Source: a virus
Taxonomy: Duplodnaviria; Heunggongvirae; Uroviricota; Caudoviricetes
Strand: one strand, 5' to 3'
DNA: 24,460 nt
Virus record (IMG/VR): IMGVR_UViG_3300031992_000020
The position numbers were made by a program, and so were the translations under genes. This document shows, one piece after another, positions 6,824-15,831 of this stretch. The number at the start of each line of letters is the position of its first letter. Position 1 is the first letter of the stretch. The notes beneath the pieces are model-generated. The model was not told the DNA's origin. It was given only the letters and a program-made list of their open reading frames with translations, and searched no databases.

Positions 6824-7174
6824 TTATATGCTTCTTAGTGTACACTTCAATGTTTTTATTTTATAACGAGTTCGTCCATTTTTCCCTTTGCGTTTTACAA
6901 TAGGATTCCCATATTTATCACGTTTAACTCTGCGGCAAGTAACAGTGATAATCTCTCCTATTGATGTTGGAGTGATATGAAAAGTGGTGTCACCACCAAT
7001 TGCCCCAGAATATCCATCCGCACCAACTTCGTGACACCACGTAACGTATTTATCATATTCCTCTTGCGTTAAACCCCAAAATTGACCATATACTATATCA
7101 TCAGTTGATCTTGGAGTCAAATCCAAATCTGGAATCTCAGCACTCCAACCGTTTGGAAGCTGAGTTATTTTCAC
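6824..7174 (-). CDS. Hypothetical protein, 116 aa
   Basis: GTGA start/stop overlap with the upstream gene; ends TAA. Confidence 0.75.
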   Translation of the reverse strand: MKITQLPNGWSAEIPDLDLTPRSTDDIVYGQFWGLTQEEYDKYVTWCHEVGADGYSGAIGGDTTFHITPTSIGEIITVTCRRVKRDKYGNPIVKRKGKNGRTRYKIKTLKCTLRSI

Positions 7175-7473
7175 AGGTCAAGCTCCTTCATAAGGCGTTC
7201 AAGCGTCGCCTTTTCATCAGCATCCATCGCCACTGGATTTGATGCCTGCGCCGCAGGAGCTTCGGCAGGATCATCAAAATTTAGATCCCCACCATTCCCA
7301 TTAAATACGACCGGTGTCTTTGGGCAAGTCATACTGACCGCAATCTGCACGACTTCTCCATTTTCTTTACTATTGAAATAATACTTTTTATCTTGTTCAC
7401 CAAGATAATCCGCACCAACAGCTGCGGCAAAACGCTTAATCAATGCCGCCTTTGCTTCATTCCCTTTTGCCAT
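7171..7473 (-). CDS. Hypothetical protein, 100 aa
   Basis: AAAGGA RBS; own promoter at 7505-7533. Confidence 0.8.
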   Translation of the reverse strand: MAKGNEAKAALIKRFAAAVGADYLGEQDKKYYFNSKENGEVVQIAVSMTCPKTPVVFNGNGGDLNFDDPAEAPAAQASNPVAMDADEKATLERLMKELDL

Positions 7474-7504
7474 ATCTCAAAGTCCTTTCTTATTTTCTAA
7501 AGAA

Positions 7505-7533
7505 ATTATATCATAAATTTTTTAAAAAATCAA
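7505..7533 (-). promoter_or_regulatory. sigA-type promoter (TTGATT class)
   Basis: TTGATT, 17 bp, TGnTATAAT. Confidence 0.75.
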
Positions 7534-8882
7534 GGTTCCCAAGGATACTCATAGGGTCCGTCATCACTCATATCATAGCAATCCGGACAGATATATCCTC
7601 GGCTAGCATCCCAATGCATTTCGTCTCTTGGGAATACTGCGCCGCATATAGCACAACTTTCCATGTCATCACCTTCGCGACATGCAGAACAAACCATAGT
7701 GTCACTATCTGCAACGTCATGCTTGCCGCAACATAGACAAGGAACTGCTTTGCCAACAATCAAAGGATGATCTACATGCATTGGAAGCATTTCATCACTA
7801 CGATCTTCATACGGCATCATCCAAGGAGAATAGGTATGACTCTGGATTACATCATTGAAGTTGACTGCGGCTGGATCATTCTTAATATAGTTTTTCCCCG
7901 GCACAATCTTAGTGCCTTCATTATAACAATCATCGGCAACTATGAATTTAGTTTCAGTAAAATTCACTTGTTCACCATTGATAATAGCGGGGCCTTTTAA
8001 ACCATAATGATGAAAACGATGTTTACGCAAATAATTCTGAGTAAAATCATTCCAACTCATATTAGGATTTACAACTTTTTGAGCATGTTTTAGCAGATCT
8101 TCACGACTATGCTCAGGCTTAAAATATGCAAAATTATGAATAATCTCGCTAATTAATTCCAAGCCTTTATCAGTGTGGAAAGGATATTGCCGTCCCGCAT
8201 ATACGATTTTATTTTCACGATCAACATGAAGATATACACGCCATTTTTTATCATTCCACGGCACATTATGCGGGAATCGCGGCAATTCAACATCACCGCT
8301 ATTGCTTTTTAAATATGCCATGATTGTACAATCGTCGAGCATATAACTGATATTGCCAGTACGATATTCTCCATCAAGAGCGTGGCAACTTCTCCATCCA
8401 TGATTATTTTCACTTGCAGAAAGGTAATCAAGAGGATGGACAGAAAGACACAGCTTGCCAGTAACTTTATTTGACTGGATCAACATGGAAAGCTTCTGCC
8501 GCACATCTTCCGCGTCTAGACCAAATTCCTTCATAAGCACTTTGGATAGTTTCATTCCTTTTGGAAATTCACCATAGGATTGCGGCAATTTATTTTCAAG
8601 GATCCCATCATAGTTATCCTTAAAAAAATTATACATATCTTCGCCATATTCACGATAAACCCAATCAATAAATTCATCAACCTTGGATTTGCGGCTATCG
8701 GCATCCAGATCAAATACTACTGAGGTCGGCAGTTCATAGATCAATGACCCTATGCTGTCCAGGAACCACTTCTTTTGTTTCTCCCACTGTTGGAACAGAT
8801 GATCCGTGTTGATCTGATCCAGATAGTCCTGAGAGTATTTTATCACTTGATTGAACTGGTTTTGAATGCTGCTGTAATCCAT
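7530..8882 (-). CDS. Uncharacterised HPLDY/W-x-SC protein with C-terminal Zn ribbons (paralog of 11399-13138)
   Basis: GKLCLSVHPLDYLSASENNHGWRSC...DGEY...AYLKS...KKWR; four C-terminal CxxC pairs; start set to ATG 8882 with a GAGGA RBS. Confidence 0.85.
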   Translation of the reverse strand: MDYSSIQNQFNQVIKYSQDYLDQINTDHLFQQWEKQKKWFLDSIGSLIYELPTSVVFDLDADSRKSKVDEFIDWVYREYGEDMYNFFKDNYDGILENKLPQSYGEFPKGMKLSKVLMKEFGLDAEDVRQKLSMLIQSNKVTGKLCLSVHPLDYLSASENNHGWRSCHALDGEYRTGNISYMLDDCTIMAYLKSNSGDVELPRFPHNVPWNDKKWRVYLHVDRENKIVYAGRQYPFHTDKGLELISEIIHNFAYFKPEHSREDLLKHAQKVVNPNMSWNDFTQNYLRKHRFHHYGLKGPAIINGEQVNFTETKFIVADDCYNEGTKIVPGKNYIKNDPAAVNFNDVIQSHTYSPWMMPYEDRSDEMLPMHVDHPLIVGKAVPCLCCGKHDVADSDTMVCSACREGDDMESCAICGAVFPRDEMHWDASRGYICPDCYDMSDDGPYEYPWEP

Positions 8883-9951
8883 CTTTACAATCCTCACAAA
8901 TATAGTTCTTAATATCGACATCTTTAATTCTATGCTGGTTTAAATAATACCCATTTCCGCAATTACGACACCACACCACTTGATGAGCAACCTTATCATG
9001 GCAACTTAAACACATATTCATTGGTGTGATGCCATGTTCCATTTTAACTGGGATTACTTGCGTTTCCGGCACTTCTCTATGGCACCAATCGCAATGGGCG
9101 AATCCTGGCTTTGGTTTATATCCATCCGGTATATACCAATCATCCAACTCATCATCATCTAAATACCAGCCATCACTATAATACTTATATCGGTTAGTCC
9201 CAAATGTATATGAGTCATATGCAGGAATATACTTAAATGGCTCCATTTCAGGATGCTGTTCAACATACTGTAATATTTTTGCAGTTTTTTCAATAGTTTC
9301 ATACATCCAGTCTACATGAAGACGTTCAATCTCATGATGTTCATCTTCATATCCTATTGAAAAATTCACTGCGGCAACTCCCCATACTGGTGCGAGCACG
9401 CTAATATCAGTAAATGTACCCCATTCAGTATGAAAACCAAAAGGTGTAATGAATTTTTCAAATTCAAGATTGTCACAATCATAGTAGACTGCATCATTTC
9501 TATTGCGTCTATCCAATTGAATCATGAACTTTAAAGGTTCTTTAAATACCGGCATATGTGCGATTAGCTTTCCAGCACCTATGCAACCGGATTCTTCACC
9601 GGTAGTAATAATTACATGTGGCTTAAATTTGAATCTTTTAAGCAGCAAAATAATCGCAAATATTCCAGCTCTATCATCGGCCCCAGCTCCTTCTGGATTC
9701 CATATGACATCTTTCTCACTGTCATAATAGAAATGTTCAATACTTGGTGGCAGTTTAAATACTGTATCCGCATGGGCCACAAGAGCAATTGGAATCTCAC
9801 CAAACGCATAGACAAAAGAAGGAGTTGCTGTTACTTTATCCTTTCCATACTTTCTTTCCAGTATGTCTCGCATAATAGACAGAACTCCACGCTCAGTGAG
9901 GTGACATATATTTTGATAAGTTCTGCGATCTTTGGCACTGAAAGTTCCCAT
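8734..9951 (-). CDS. M28/M20/M42-clan zinc metallopeptidase with C-terminal Zn ribbons
   Basis: Metal-ligand motifs AHADT, GADDRAG, GEESG, QLDRR, TDI and EH; four C-terminal CxxC pairs. Confidence 0.85.
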   Translation of the reverse strand: MGTFSAKDRRTYQNICHLTERGVLSIMRDILERKYGKDKVTATPSFVYAFGEIPIALVAHADTVFKLPPSIEHFYYDSEKDVIWNPEGAGADDRAGIFAIILLLKRFKFKPHVIITTGEESGCIGAGKLIAHMPVFKEPLKFMIQLDRRNRNDAVYYDCDNLEFEKFITPFGFHTEWGTFTDISVLAPVWGVAAVNFSIGYEDEHHEIERLHVDWMYETIEKTAKILQYVEQHPEMEPFKYIPAYDSYTFGTNRYKYYSDGWYLDDDELDDWYIPDGYKPKPGFAHCDWCHREVPETQVIPVKMEHGITPMNMCLSCHDKVAHQVVWCRNCGNGYYLNQHRIKDVDIKNYICEDCKDGLQQHSKPVQSSDKILSGLSGSDQHGSSVPTVGETKEVVPGQHRVIDL

Positions 9952-9982
9952 GTGTCACCTTCTTTTCTCATTTTCTATAATT

Positions 9983-10012
9983 ATTATATCAAATTTTTAT
10001 TTAAAAATCCAA
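9983..10012 (-). promoter_or_regulatory. sigA-type promoter
   Basis: TTGGAT, 18 bp, TGnTATAAT upstream of the peptidase. Confidence 0.65.
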
Positions 10013-10033
10013 TCTTGCGATTGGATTAAGGGG

Positions 10034-10846
10034 TTACTCTTCTGAGGTTTTTGATTGCTCTTTTAATTTACGATATAGTTCAGTTTCTGCCCAACAATAG
10101 TTGCATCTAAAAGATGTTTTATCACGCATACACGCTTGATGACAATTAATTCTACGCTTGGCAAATGCATCATCAATTAGTATGCCTTCTGTGGTATTTT
10201 CGCCATTAAGTAAATAATATCTTAGCTCATTATTATATCTTTTATTAAGAAAAATCTGTACCAAAGTCTCTTCGCGCACATGGTTCTGATCCAAGAGATC
10301 AACTACATCAATATACGGATCATATATCTTCATATGCTGCGGCAATAGCCAAAAATGCTTTAAGCCATCGTCTATGTCTGCAATATTATTGAACAAAGTG
10401 GGTCGTCCAATAGCTGGATTAACTCTAATGCAAGGACGCTCTTCTGGATTCAAATGATCTAATGTGGTTTTTAAAGTATCAAGATCAAATGTCATAGGCT
10501 CGCCAATTGTAATATCAGACAATGGATATTGCAATAAGAAGTATAGCATATTAAATGTAGAAACAGGATAATGATACATATACTTACGGATCCCATTAGC
10601 ATATTTAATCAGATCATCTATTTCATAAAAATCGAAATAAAGATTCTCATTCTCTTCCAATAGACTATTGACTAATTCTGGTGTTAAATCATCTTCATCT
10701 GCGTGAAGAGTCTCAATAATGACTTTCTTGTCCGGGTGAGATGCGGCATATTCGAGCGCCGCAATTGAAGCGCCAACAGAAAACCGAATTTCATCCAAGT
10801 TATTCCAGAACTTTGGATTAATATGATACGATGCACAAATTCTCAT
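10034..10846 (-). CDS. Hypothetical protein with C-terminal CxxxC...CxxC motif
   Basis: Long ORF; GGAG RBS before ATG 10846; C-terminus CHQAC...RCNYC. Confidence 0.8.
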   Translation of the reverse strand: MRICASYHINPKFWNNLDEIRFSVGASIAALEYAASHPDKKVIIETLHADEDDLTPELVNSLLEENENLYFDFYEIDDLIKYANGIRKYMYHYPVSTFNMLYFLLQYPLSDITIGEPMTFDLDTLKTTLDHLNPEERPCIRVNPAIGRPTLFNNIADIDDGLKHFWLLPQHMKIYDPYIDVVDLLDQNHVREETLVQIFLNKRYNNELRYYLLNGENTTEGILIDDAFAKRRINCHQACMRDKTSFRCNYCWAETELYRKLKEQSKTSEE

Positions 10847-10863
10847 TATATTTTTCAACTCCA

Positions 10864-10893
10864 ATAGCCCGGTTCCGCAAGGAAACCGGGCTT
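10864..10893. terminator. Intergenic hairpin, possible terminator
   Basis: AGCCCGGTT/AACCGGGCT stem; no clear U-tract on the minus strand. Confidence 0.45.
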
Positions 10894-10907
10894 ATAATAC
10901 ATTTTAA

Positions 10908-11327
10908 TTAGCCAGCATTGTGCCGCACAGCACTGTAAAAAGTTACTCTCCTATTGGAGTCATCAACTTTCACAGTCTGAGTCTCCTTGCTGATATAGTC
11001 ATTCTTAAACAACTTTCCAAGTCGATAAACAACCTTCTGCGCAGTTGCTCCTTCGATCTTACCAACCAGATCAGAAACACTCATCGGAGCGTCGGCATCA
11101 GTCAAAATCTGCATGATGCTATTGCTCATTTCATCATCGCTGGCTTTATGTTCCTGCTGATATTTCTTAGACTTTTCTGCGCGCTGATTAATCAACTCGA
11201 TCTCATGATCAATGAAATCATGCAGCCGCTTTTCAGTCTCTGCATCCAGGCCGGCATTACTTACCAGCTCATATAGGGAATTATAATTGTCCTTTTTCGT
11301 AATCTTCACATTATCAGGGGTCACCAT
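10908..11327 (-). CDS. Coiled-coil plus winged-helix protein (family A, divergent member)
   Basis: C-terminal PMSVSDLVGKI...TAQKVVYRLGKL...ISKE aligns with the other four family A members. Confidence 0.8.
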   Translation of the reverse strand: MVTPDNVKITKKDNYNSLYELVSNAGLDAETEKRLHDFIDHEIELINQRAEKSKKYQQEHKASDDEMSNSIMQILTDADAPMSVSDLVGKIEGATAQKVVYRLGKLFKNDYISKETQTVKVDDSNRRVTFYSAVRHNAG

Positions 11328-11356
11328 AGTTCAATCTCCTTTTTCTCTTTTTTTAT

Positions 11357-11385
11357 ATTATACAATATTTTTTTAAAATTAGCAA
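11357..11385 (-). promoter_or_regulatory. sigA-type promoter
   Basis: TTGCTA, 17 bp, TGnTATAAT-like -10. Confidence 0.7.
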
Positions 11386-11398
11386 TTAGAAAAGGGGA

Positions 11399-13138
11399 TC
11401 ATTTACTGCGGTTAAAATCCGCAGTAAATGCATCCCAATTCAACTGCCAAAACTCTTTTACGGCCTCAGCATTTTTAACATCCTCATCGGACGCCCAAGA
11501 TACATCGTTAATCATGTTCGCCCAGTTATAGCTGTTCATGTGACAAATAGAAGCAGCAGATTCCAAAGTATGCTTGGTAGGATCCGGCACAATGAAGTCA
11601 TATCCATCTTTGCTCTCATAATTGGCCAGACCTTTGCGCTCGGCGCAATCCTTGCACAGATGGGTTTCATCAGTCGCTTCCGGATTCCAATGAAGATGTC
11701 TCCACAGATCATACCCGGGCTTATAGTGGTCAATGATTTTACGTCCCCGGGAGTCTACTGAGGTATGACGACGCAGAATCCATTTATCTATTGCACTGCG
11801 AAAAACAGGAATCACAACCGACACGTCGTCATTGTCGCGGTCATGGACACAACCACATTCTTCGCACTCAACAAAAAGCTCGTTATAGCACTCTTCGCAA
11901 TAGGTGCATCCATCCGGGCCTTCATAGGTATAGTCCTCATCCATTTCAGTTCCGCACCGATCACAAATTGTGCGAGTGTTGCAATCGGGGCAAAGCAGAG
12001 TATCGGCACCCTGAGTATCGTACCGAATAACATCGCCGCACACCATGCATTCGGCAGGACCGCTGAAATTGATATACCCAGGCAGGTTGCTCATTTTTGC
12101 GCCATCACGGAAGCAACCAATAACATCATCGCCACCAAGGTCATTATACATATAGTTGGTGCGAAACTCGACATTTCGATCGGTCTCTTCCATATAGTTG
12201 AAGAAATCGGTATGAATCTCCTCATACTTCCAACCATACTTTGCGCCAACTAGCTCTTTGACCCAATCAATCGCCTGGATCGCAAAGTTTTCCTGATGAT
12301 AGGGGTAGTGACGATTGCACAGGATCACATCTTTGGTCACAATGATCCAAGCCCGCCATTTCTTGGAGTTCCAGTCATTGTTGTCCACAATAGACATGAA
12401 CTGCTTATTGCTTTTGAGATATGCACAGATTACCATCGGAGAGTTCATCATCTCGACAGTACCCATCCGATAGCAACCATCTTCGCGCCAAGACATACAG
12501 CTAGACCAGCCATTGTCATTATCAGAAGCGGTCGCATAGTCAAGAGGATGAATAGAGAGACACAGAGTACCTTTCAGCTTTTTCTGGTTGAGGATCTGAG
12601 AATGCTTAATGCGGAACTGTTCCCATTCAGCTTCCAGACCGATCTGACGGCACAGCTGGGCCATGGCACGAGTTGCTTTCATGCCAAGTTGAAGCTGAAT
12701 TTTACGACCATTATCGAACTCCAAAGTGCAGGCTTTGATATCCTCGTAATCATACCAGGTGCCCTGATCAACCCGCTTGCAACCGAGAGTCAGATAGTTA
12801 TCAACCATCTGAGAAGTATTGTCAAGACAATCTTCCAGAGCTTGCAGAACAATGCGGATAACATCGTCGACAGGGGTAACCAGATGATTCTTCATGGCGC
12901 GCGCAAACTGCTTACGGAAGTTGAAATTTTCCCGCAGCATCTGCGCCATTTCGGAACGCAGTTCATCCAGGTTCTTCTGATACTCGACTTCCTTTTCGAG
13001 GATCAGCTTATCACCGAACAGCGGAGCCAGATACTGGCTCTTATTCTCCCGCCACAGGCGCAGAAGGTAATCCACATCACAGTAGCTCTGACTCGTCTCG
13101 GTATTCTGTTTCCGGTAATGATCAAATAGTTCAAACAT
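11399..13138 (-). CDS. Uncharacterised HPLDY/W-x-SC protein with multiple Zn ribbons (paralog of 7530-8882)
   Basis: GTLCLSIHPLDYATASDNDNGWSSC...DGCY...AYLKS...KKWR; six CxxC pairs; ATG 13138 after GAGGG RBS (the TTG at 13192 is the -35 box). Confidence 0.87.
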   Translation of the reverse strand: MFELFDHYRKQNTETSQSYCDVDYLLRLWRENKSQYLAPLFGDKLILEKEVEYQKNLDELRSEMAQMLRENFNFRKQFARAMKNHLVTPVDDVIRIVLQALEDCLDNTSQMVDNYLTLGCKRVDQGTWYDYEDIKACTLEFDNGRKIQLQLGMKATRAMAQLCRQIGLEAEWEQFRIKHSQILNQKKLKGTLCLSIHPLDYATASDNDNGWSSCMSWREDGCYRMGTVEMMNSPMVICAYLKSNKQFMSIVDNNDWNSKKWRAWIIVTKDVILCNRHYPYHQENFAIQAIDWVKELVGAKYGWKYEEIHTDFFNYMEETDRNVEFRTNYMYNDLGGDDVIGCFRDGAKMSNLPGYINFSGPAECMVCGDVIRYDTQGADTLLCPDCNTRTICDRCGTEMDEDYTYEGPDGCTYCEECYNELFVECEECGCVHDRDNDDVSVVIPVFRSAIDKWILRRHTSVDSRGRKIIDHYKPGYDLWRHLHWNPEATDETHLCKDCAERKGLANYESKDGYDFIVPDPTKHTLESAASICHMNSYNWANMINDVSWASDEDVKNAEAVKEFWQLNWDAFTADFNRSK

Positions 13139-13163
13139 TACGCATCCCTCACTTTCTATATAT

Positions 13164-13198
13164 ATTATATAATATTTTTTGAAAGTTTTCAAGTGACT
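13164..13198 (-). promoter_or_regulatory. sigA-type promoter with AGTSACT box
   Basis: TTGAAA (13192-13187), 17 bp, TATAAT (13169-13164). Confidence 0.8.
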
Positions 13199-13199
13199 A

Positions 13200-13222
13200 T
13201 GGGGTTGACTAAGTCAACCCCA
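13200..13222 (-). terminator. Hairpin at the end of the 13214 gene
   Basis: TGGGGTTGACT/AGTCAACCCCA inverted repeat. Confidence 0.5.
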
Positions 13223-13495
13223 CATAATATCTATCTTGCACATGCCGTCATTCGCGGTATTTGCCGCAGCAGAATACACGTTTACATTATATCCCACTTC
13301 GCGCAGTTCTTCCGCAATCTGATCCAGCACTTCACCATTTTCACCAGAGAACTGATGCCGAGTTTTACCCCGGCTACACTTCCATGCAATCTCGCGCATG
13401 ATCTTACGGGCGTACCGTTTATAGATTTTGTAGTAACGATGGTTCATTTTCTCCTCGGCAATATTCCGAGCCTGTGCCGCAATGAACATACTCAT
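13214..13495 (-). CDS. Hypothetical protein, 93 aa
   Basis: GGAAGGGAAGGA RBS; ends TGA. Confidence 0.78.
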   Translation of the reverse strand: MSMFIAAQARNIAEEKMNHRYYKIYKRYARKIMREIAWKCSRGKTRHQFSGENGEVLDQIAEELREVGYNVNVYSAAANTANDGMCKIDIMWG

Positions 13496-13510
13496 GTATC
13501 CTTCCCTTCC

Positions 13511-14365
13511 TTACACCAACTTGCAGTACCAAACAACAGTCTGCTTGGTACCATTGTAGTCCTTATGCTCCTTGACCTTCATTTTCAGATCCAGAACCTT
13601 GTCCACTTCATAGTTCTTGGATCCAGTAGTCCAAACATATACATTGCCATCTTCATCTTCGAGGATGTGCATATGAGACTCACCATAACGGCTGGACAGT
13701 GCGATATTCTTGGTAACAACAACCTTGCGGACGATCCATTCACCAACAGTTCCCTGATATTCGCTCTTGCTTGGGATAGAGATCAGGCCGTTGACATAAG
13801 TAGTCACAAAATCATTGTCCTTCATGGCCAGGCCCTCGGGGTCAGACTCATCACGCACTTCATCCCAGTCCAGAGTGACAGCTTCAATATCCTCGGGCAG
13901 TTCAGGCACGTCCATCTTAGAAGGAGTATACCAATGGAAAATAGTATTATACCAAGCGGCACGATGGCCAACTTCATCAATAGTGAAGCTCTTGAAGAAC
14001 TCAGAGATCCGAGCAGCATCACCCTTATACAGAGTAATGAAGCCAGCTTCGCCGAAACCGAAGGCATTGCGCGCAGCGAACTTCACACGCCGAGCTTCCT
14101 GCGCTACGGCCCGCTTTTCAGCACGCCGCTCAGCCGCCCGGTCCTGCGCCGCACGTTCCTTGTCGGTATACCAGCGCACGGTCATAGTCTTGATACCAGA
14201 GCCACCGCAACCATAGCAACGAGTGCCGTCGATCTGATTGTAGGAATAGTGACCAGAACCACCACAGCGCGGGCACTTGCCCTTAACCTTGACATACATC
14301 TTGCCTTCATCTTCGAAGGGCTGGCTCAGAATCTCCATGTTTTCATAAGACTTTGCAACTGCCAT
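13511..14365 (-). CDS. DnaJ-type Zn-finger plus C-terminal OB-fold-like protein
   Basis: CPRCGGSG and CYGCGGSG (CxxCxGxG) motifs; beta-rich C-terminus (EDEDGNVYVW...VKEHKDYNGTKQT) typical of phage OB-fold proteins. Confidence 0.8.
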   Translation of the reverse strand: MAVAKSYENMEILSQPFEDEGKMYVKVKGKCPRCGGSGHYSYNQIDGTRCYGCGGSGIKTMTVRWYTDKERAAQDRAAERRAEKRAVAQEARRVKFAARNAFGFGEAGFITLYKGDAARISEFFKSFTIDEVGHRAAWYNTIFHWYTPSKMDVPELPEDIEAVTLDWDEVRDESDPEGLAMKDNDFVTTYVNGLISIPSKSEYQGTVGEWIVRKVVVTKNIALSSRYGESHMHILEDEDGNVYVWTTGSKNYEVDKVLDLKMKVKEHKDYNGTKQTVVWYCKLV

Positions 14366-14399
14366 TCTTATCACTTTCCTTTCTTCATCTTACATATAT

Positions 14400-14434
14400 A
14401 TTATATAATAATTTTTTAGAGTTTTCAAGTGACT
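14400..14434 (-). promoter_or_regulatory. sigA-type promoter with AGTSACT box
   Basis: TTGAAA (14428-14423), 17 bp, TATAAT (14405-14400). Confidence 0.8.
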
Positions 14435-14638
14435 TTAAGTCTTGGTTGGATCAAGATCATAGAAGAGGCAGGGCCCATTCGCCACAGTCTTGCGGAATTT
14501 GCACCAATCGCCGTCTCGCTCACATTCGCAATGACGGCACGTGCAGCACCAATGCTCTTCTATTGCACGCTTACGGATCTTATCTAACATTGCGTTTTGT
14601 TTTTCGGTATTAAATACATCTTCAAAGTTGACCATCAT
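14435..14638 (-). CDS. Small Cys-rich protein
   Basis: CCTCRHCECE...WC...PC; GAGGGG RBS; own promoter. Confidence 0.72.
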   Translation of the reverse strand: MMVNFEDVFNTEKQNAMLDKIRKRAIEEHWCCTCRHCECERDGDWCKFRKTVANGPCLFYDLDPTKT

Positions 14639-14663
14639 AACCATCCCCTCACTTTCTATATAT

Positions 14664-14692
14664 ATAATATCAAAATTTTTTATAAAAATCAA
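14664..14692 (-). promoter_or_regulatory. sigA-type promoter (TTGATT class)
   Basis: TTGATT, 17 bp, TGnTATTAT. Confidence 0.72.
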
Positions 14693-14719
14693 AAGAACCC
14701 CTCAGTAACTGAGGGGTTC
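14691..14719 (-). terminator. Intrinsic terminator
   Basis: GAACCCCTCAG/CTGAGGGGTTC stem followed by a U-tract on the minus strand. Confidence 0.8.
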
Positions 14720-14733
14720 GATTGTATTATCTA

Positions 14734-15099
14734 TTACTCGGCTTTCGCCACAGAGAACACGGTAGTCCGCTTCTCGCCGGTTCCCTTCACAAGCAGGCCA
14801 GCTTCAACCATCTGATTGAGCAGCGGAGAAGCCTTCTGCACGGAGATTCCGAAGGAGGTAGCGATCTCGCCAGCCTTCACCGGCTCGGTATAGTCATTGG
14901 TCATATAGTCCAGGATCTGGGCTTTCAGCTCGGCATTCTCTTTCTGGGTTTTGGTCGGTTTCCGCTCACCGGTCTTGGCATTCCGCTTGATCAGAGAGGC
15001 TTTAAGGGCTTCCAGTTTCTCCCGAACCTCATTGGTCATCTCGGCACCAGTCAGCACGGTTTCCAGAGCGTTCACGTAAGTCATTTTCACCTTTTCCAT
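14734..15099 (-). CDS. Coiled-coil plus winged-helix protein (family A)
   Basis: KMTY..AL...EKLEALKASL.KR...RKPTKTQ.EN, then HTH AGEIATSFGISVQKASPLLNQMVEAG and a wing. Confidence 0.88.
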   Translation of the reverse strand: MEKVKMTYVNALETVLTGAEMTNEVREKLEALKASLIKRNAKTGERKPTKTQKENAELKAQILDYMTNDYTEPVKAGEIATSFGISVQKASPLLNQMVEAGLLVKGTGEKRTTVFSVAKAE

Positions 15100-15153
15100 A
15101 ATCAATTCCTTCTTTCTGGTTTATTGGGTTTTCCTTCCCTTATCTTCATATAT

Positions 15154-15188
15154 ATATTATCAAATTTTTTTTAAGTTTTCAAGTGACT
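15154..15188 (-). promoter_or_regulatory. sigA-type promoter with AGTSACT box
   Basis: TTGAAA (15182-15177), AT-rich -10 (TAATAT at 17 bp). Confidence 0.7.
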
Positions 15189-15211
15189 GCATGGTTCGTT
15201 GGGATCCGGTG

Positions 15212-15238
15212 GGGTGGGAGAGTCAACCCCTCCCACCC
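15212..15238 (-). terminator. Hairpin after the 15247 gene
   Basis: GGGTGGGAG/CTCCCACCC stem. Confidence 0.5.
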
Positions 15239-15246
15239 TGGGTTCA

Positions 15247-15585
15247 TTAGGCCAGGCGGAACAGCACCGCGCGCTTCTCGCCCTCGACCTTCACAGCCCG
15301 TCCAGCCTTCACCAGCTTGGACAGAGCCGCAGACACCTTCTGGCCAGAGACACCCAGGGTCTCAGCCAGATCACCGCACCGCACTGGCTCCTCGGTCAGA
15401 GCTGCGAACACGGACTCGGTGAACTCAGTGACCTCGCGCTGAGCCTTGGTGGGCTTGGTGGACTTGGACGCAGAGCGCTTTACCAGGGAAGCCTTCAACG
15501 CTTCCAGCTTCTCGCGCACTTCATCGGTCAGTTCAGCGCCAGTCAGAACAACATCCAGGGCCTTGGTGTAAGTCATCTTTTCCAT
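15247..15585 (-). CDS. Coiled-coil plus winged-helix protein (family A)
   Basis: Close paralog of 14734; leader AAAGGAATTGATACC-ATG. Confidence 0.88.
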   Translation of the reverse strand: MEKMTYTKALDVVLTGAELTDEVREKLEALKASLVKRSASKSTKPTKAQREVTEFTESVFAALTEEPVRCGDLAETLGVSGQKVSAALSKLVKAGRAVKVEGEKRAVLFRLA

Positions 15586-15639
15586 GGTATCAATTCCTTT
15601 CCGGTTTGGTGGGTTTTCCTTCCCTCATCTTTCATATAT

Positions 15640-15668
15640 ATTATATTATATTTTTTTGAAGTTTTCAA
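15640..15668 (-). promoter_or_regulatory. sigA-type promoter
   Basis: TTGAAA, 17 bp, TATAAT. Confidence 0.78.
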
Positions 15669-15831
15669 GTCGTTGTGGGGTTTGGGGCGGTCAGGACGAT
15701 TCATACCTGGCTTTATCGCTCGCCCTCAGAGACTTGCAGATCCATGCTGCATCGCCACGCCGTAGATCATTTGATATAGCGCTTCCTACGGCACGCGCTT
15801 GCGGGTTGTATACCAGCCCCGCAGTTATACC

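Noticed and set aside
12296-14419. Long plus-strand ORFs (277 and 408 aa)
   Set aside because: Antisense shadows of real genes, expected when TTA, CTA and TCA codons are avoided; no RBS or motifs.
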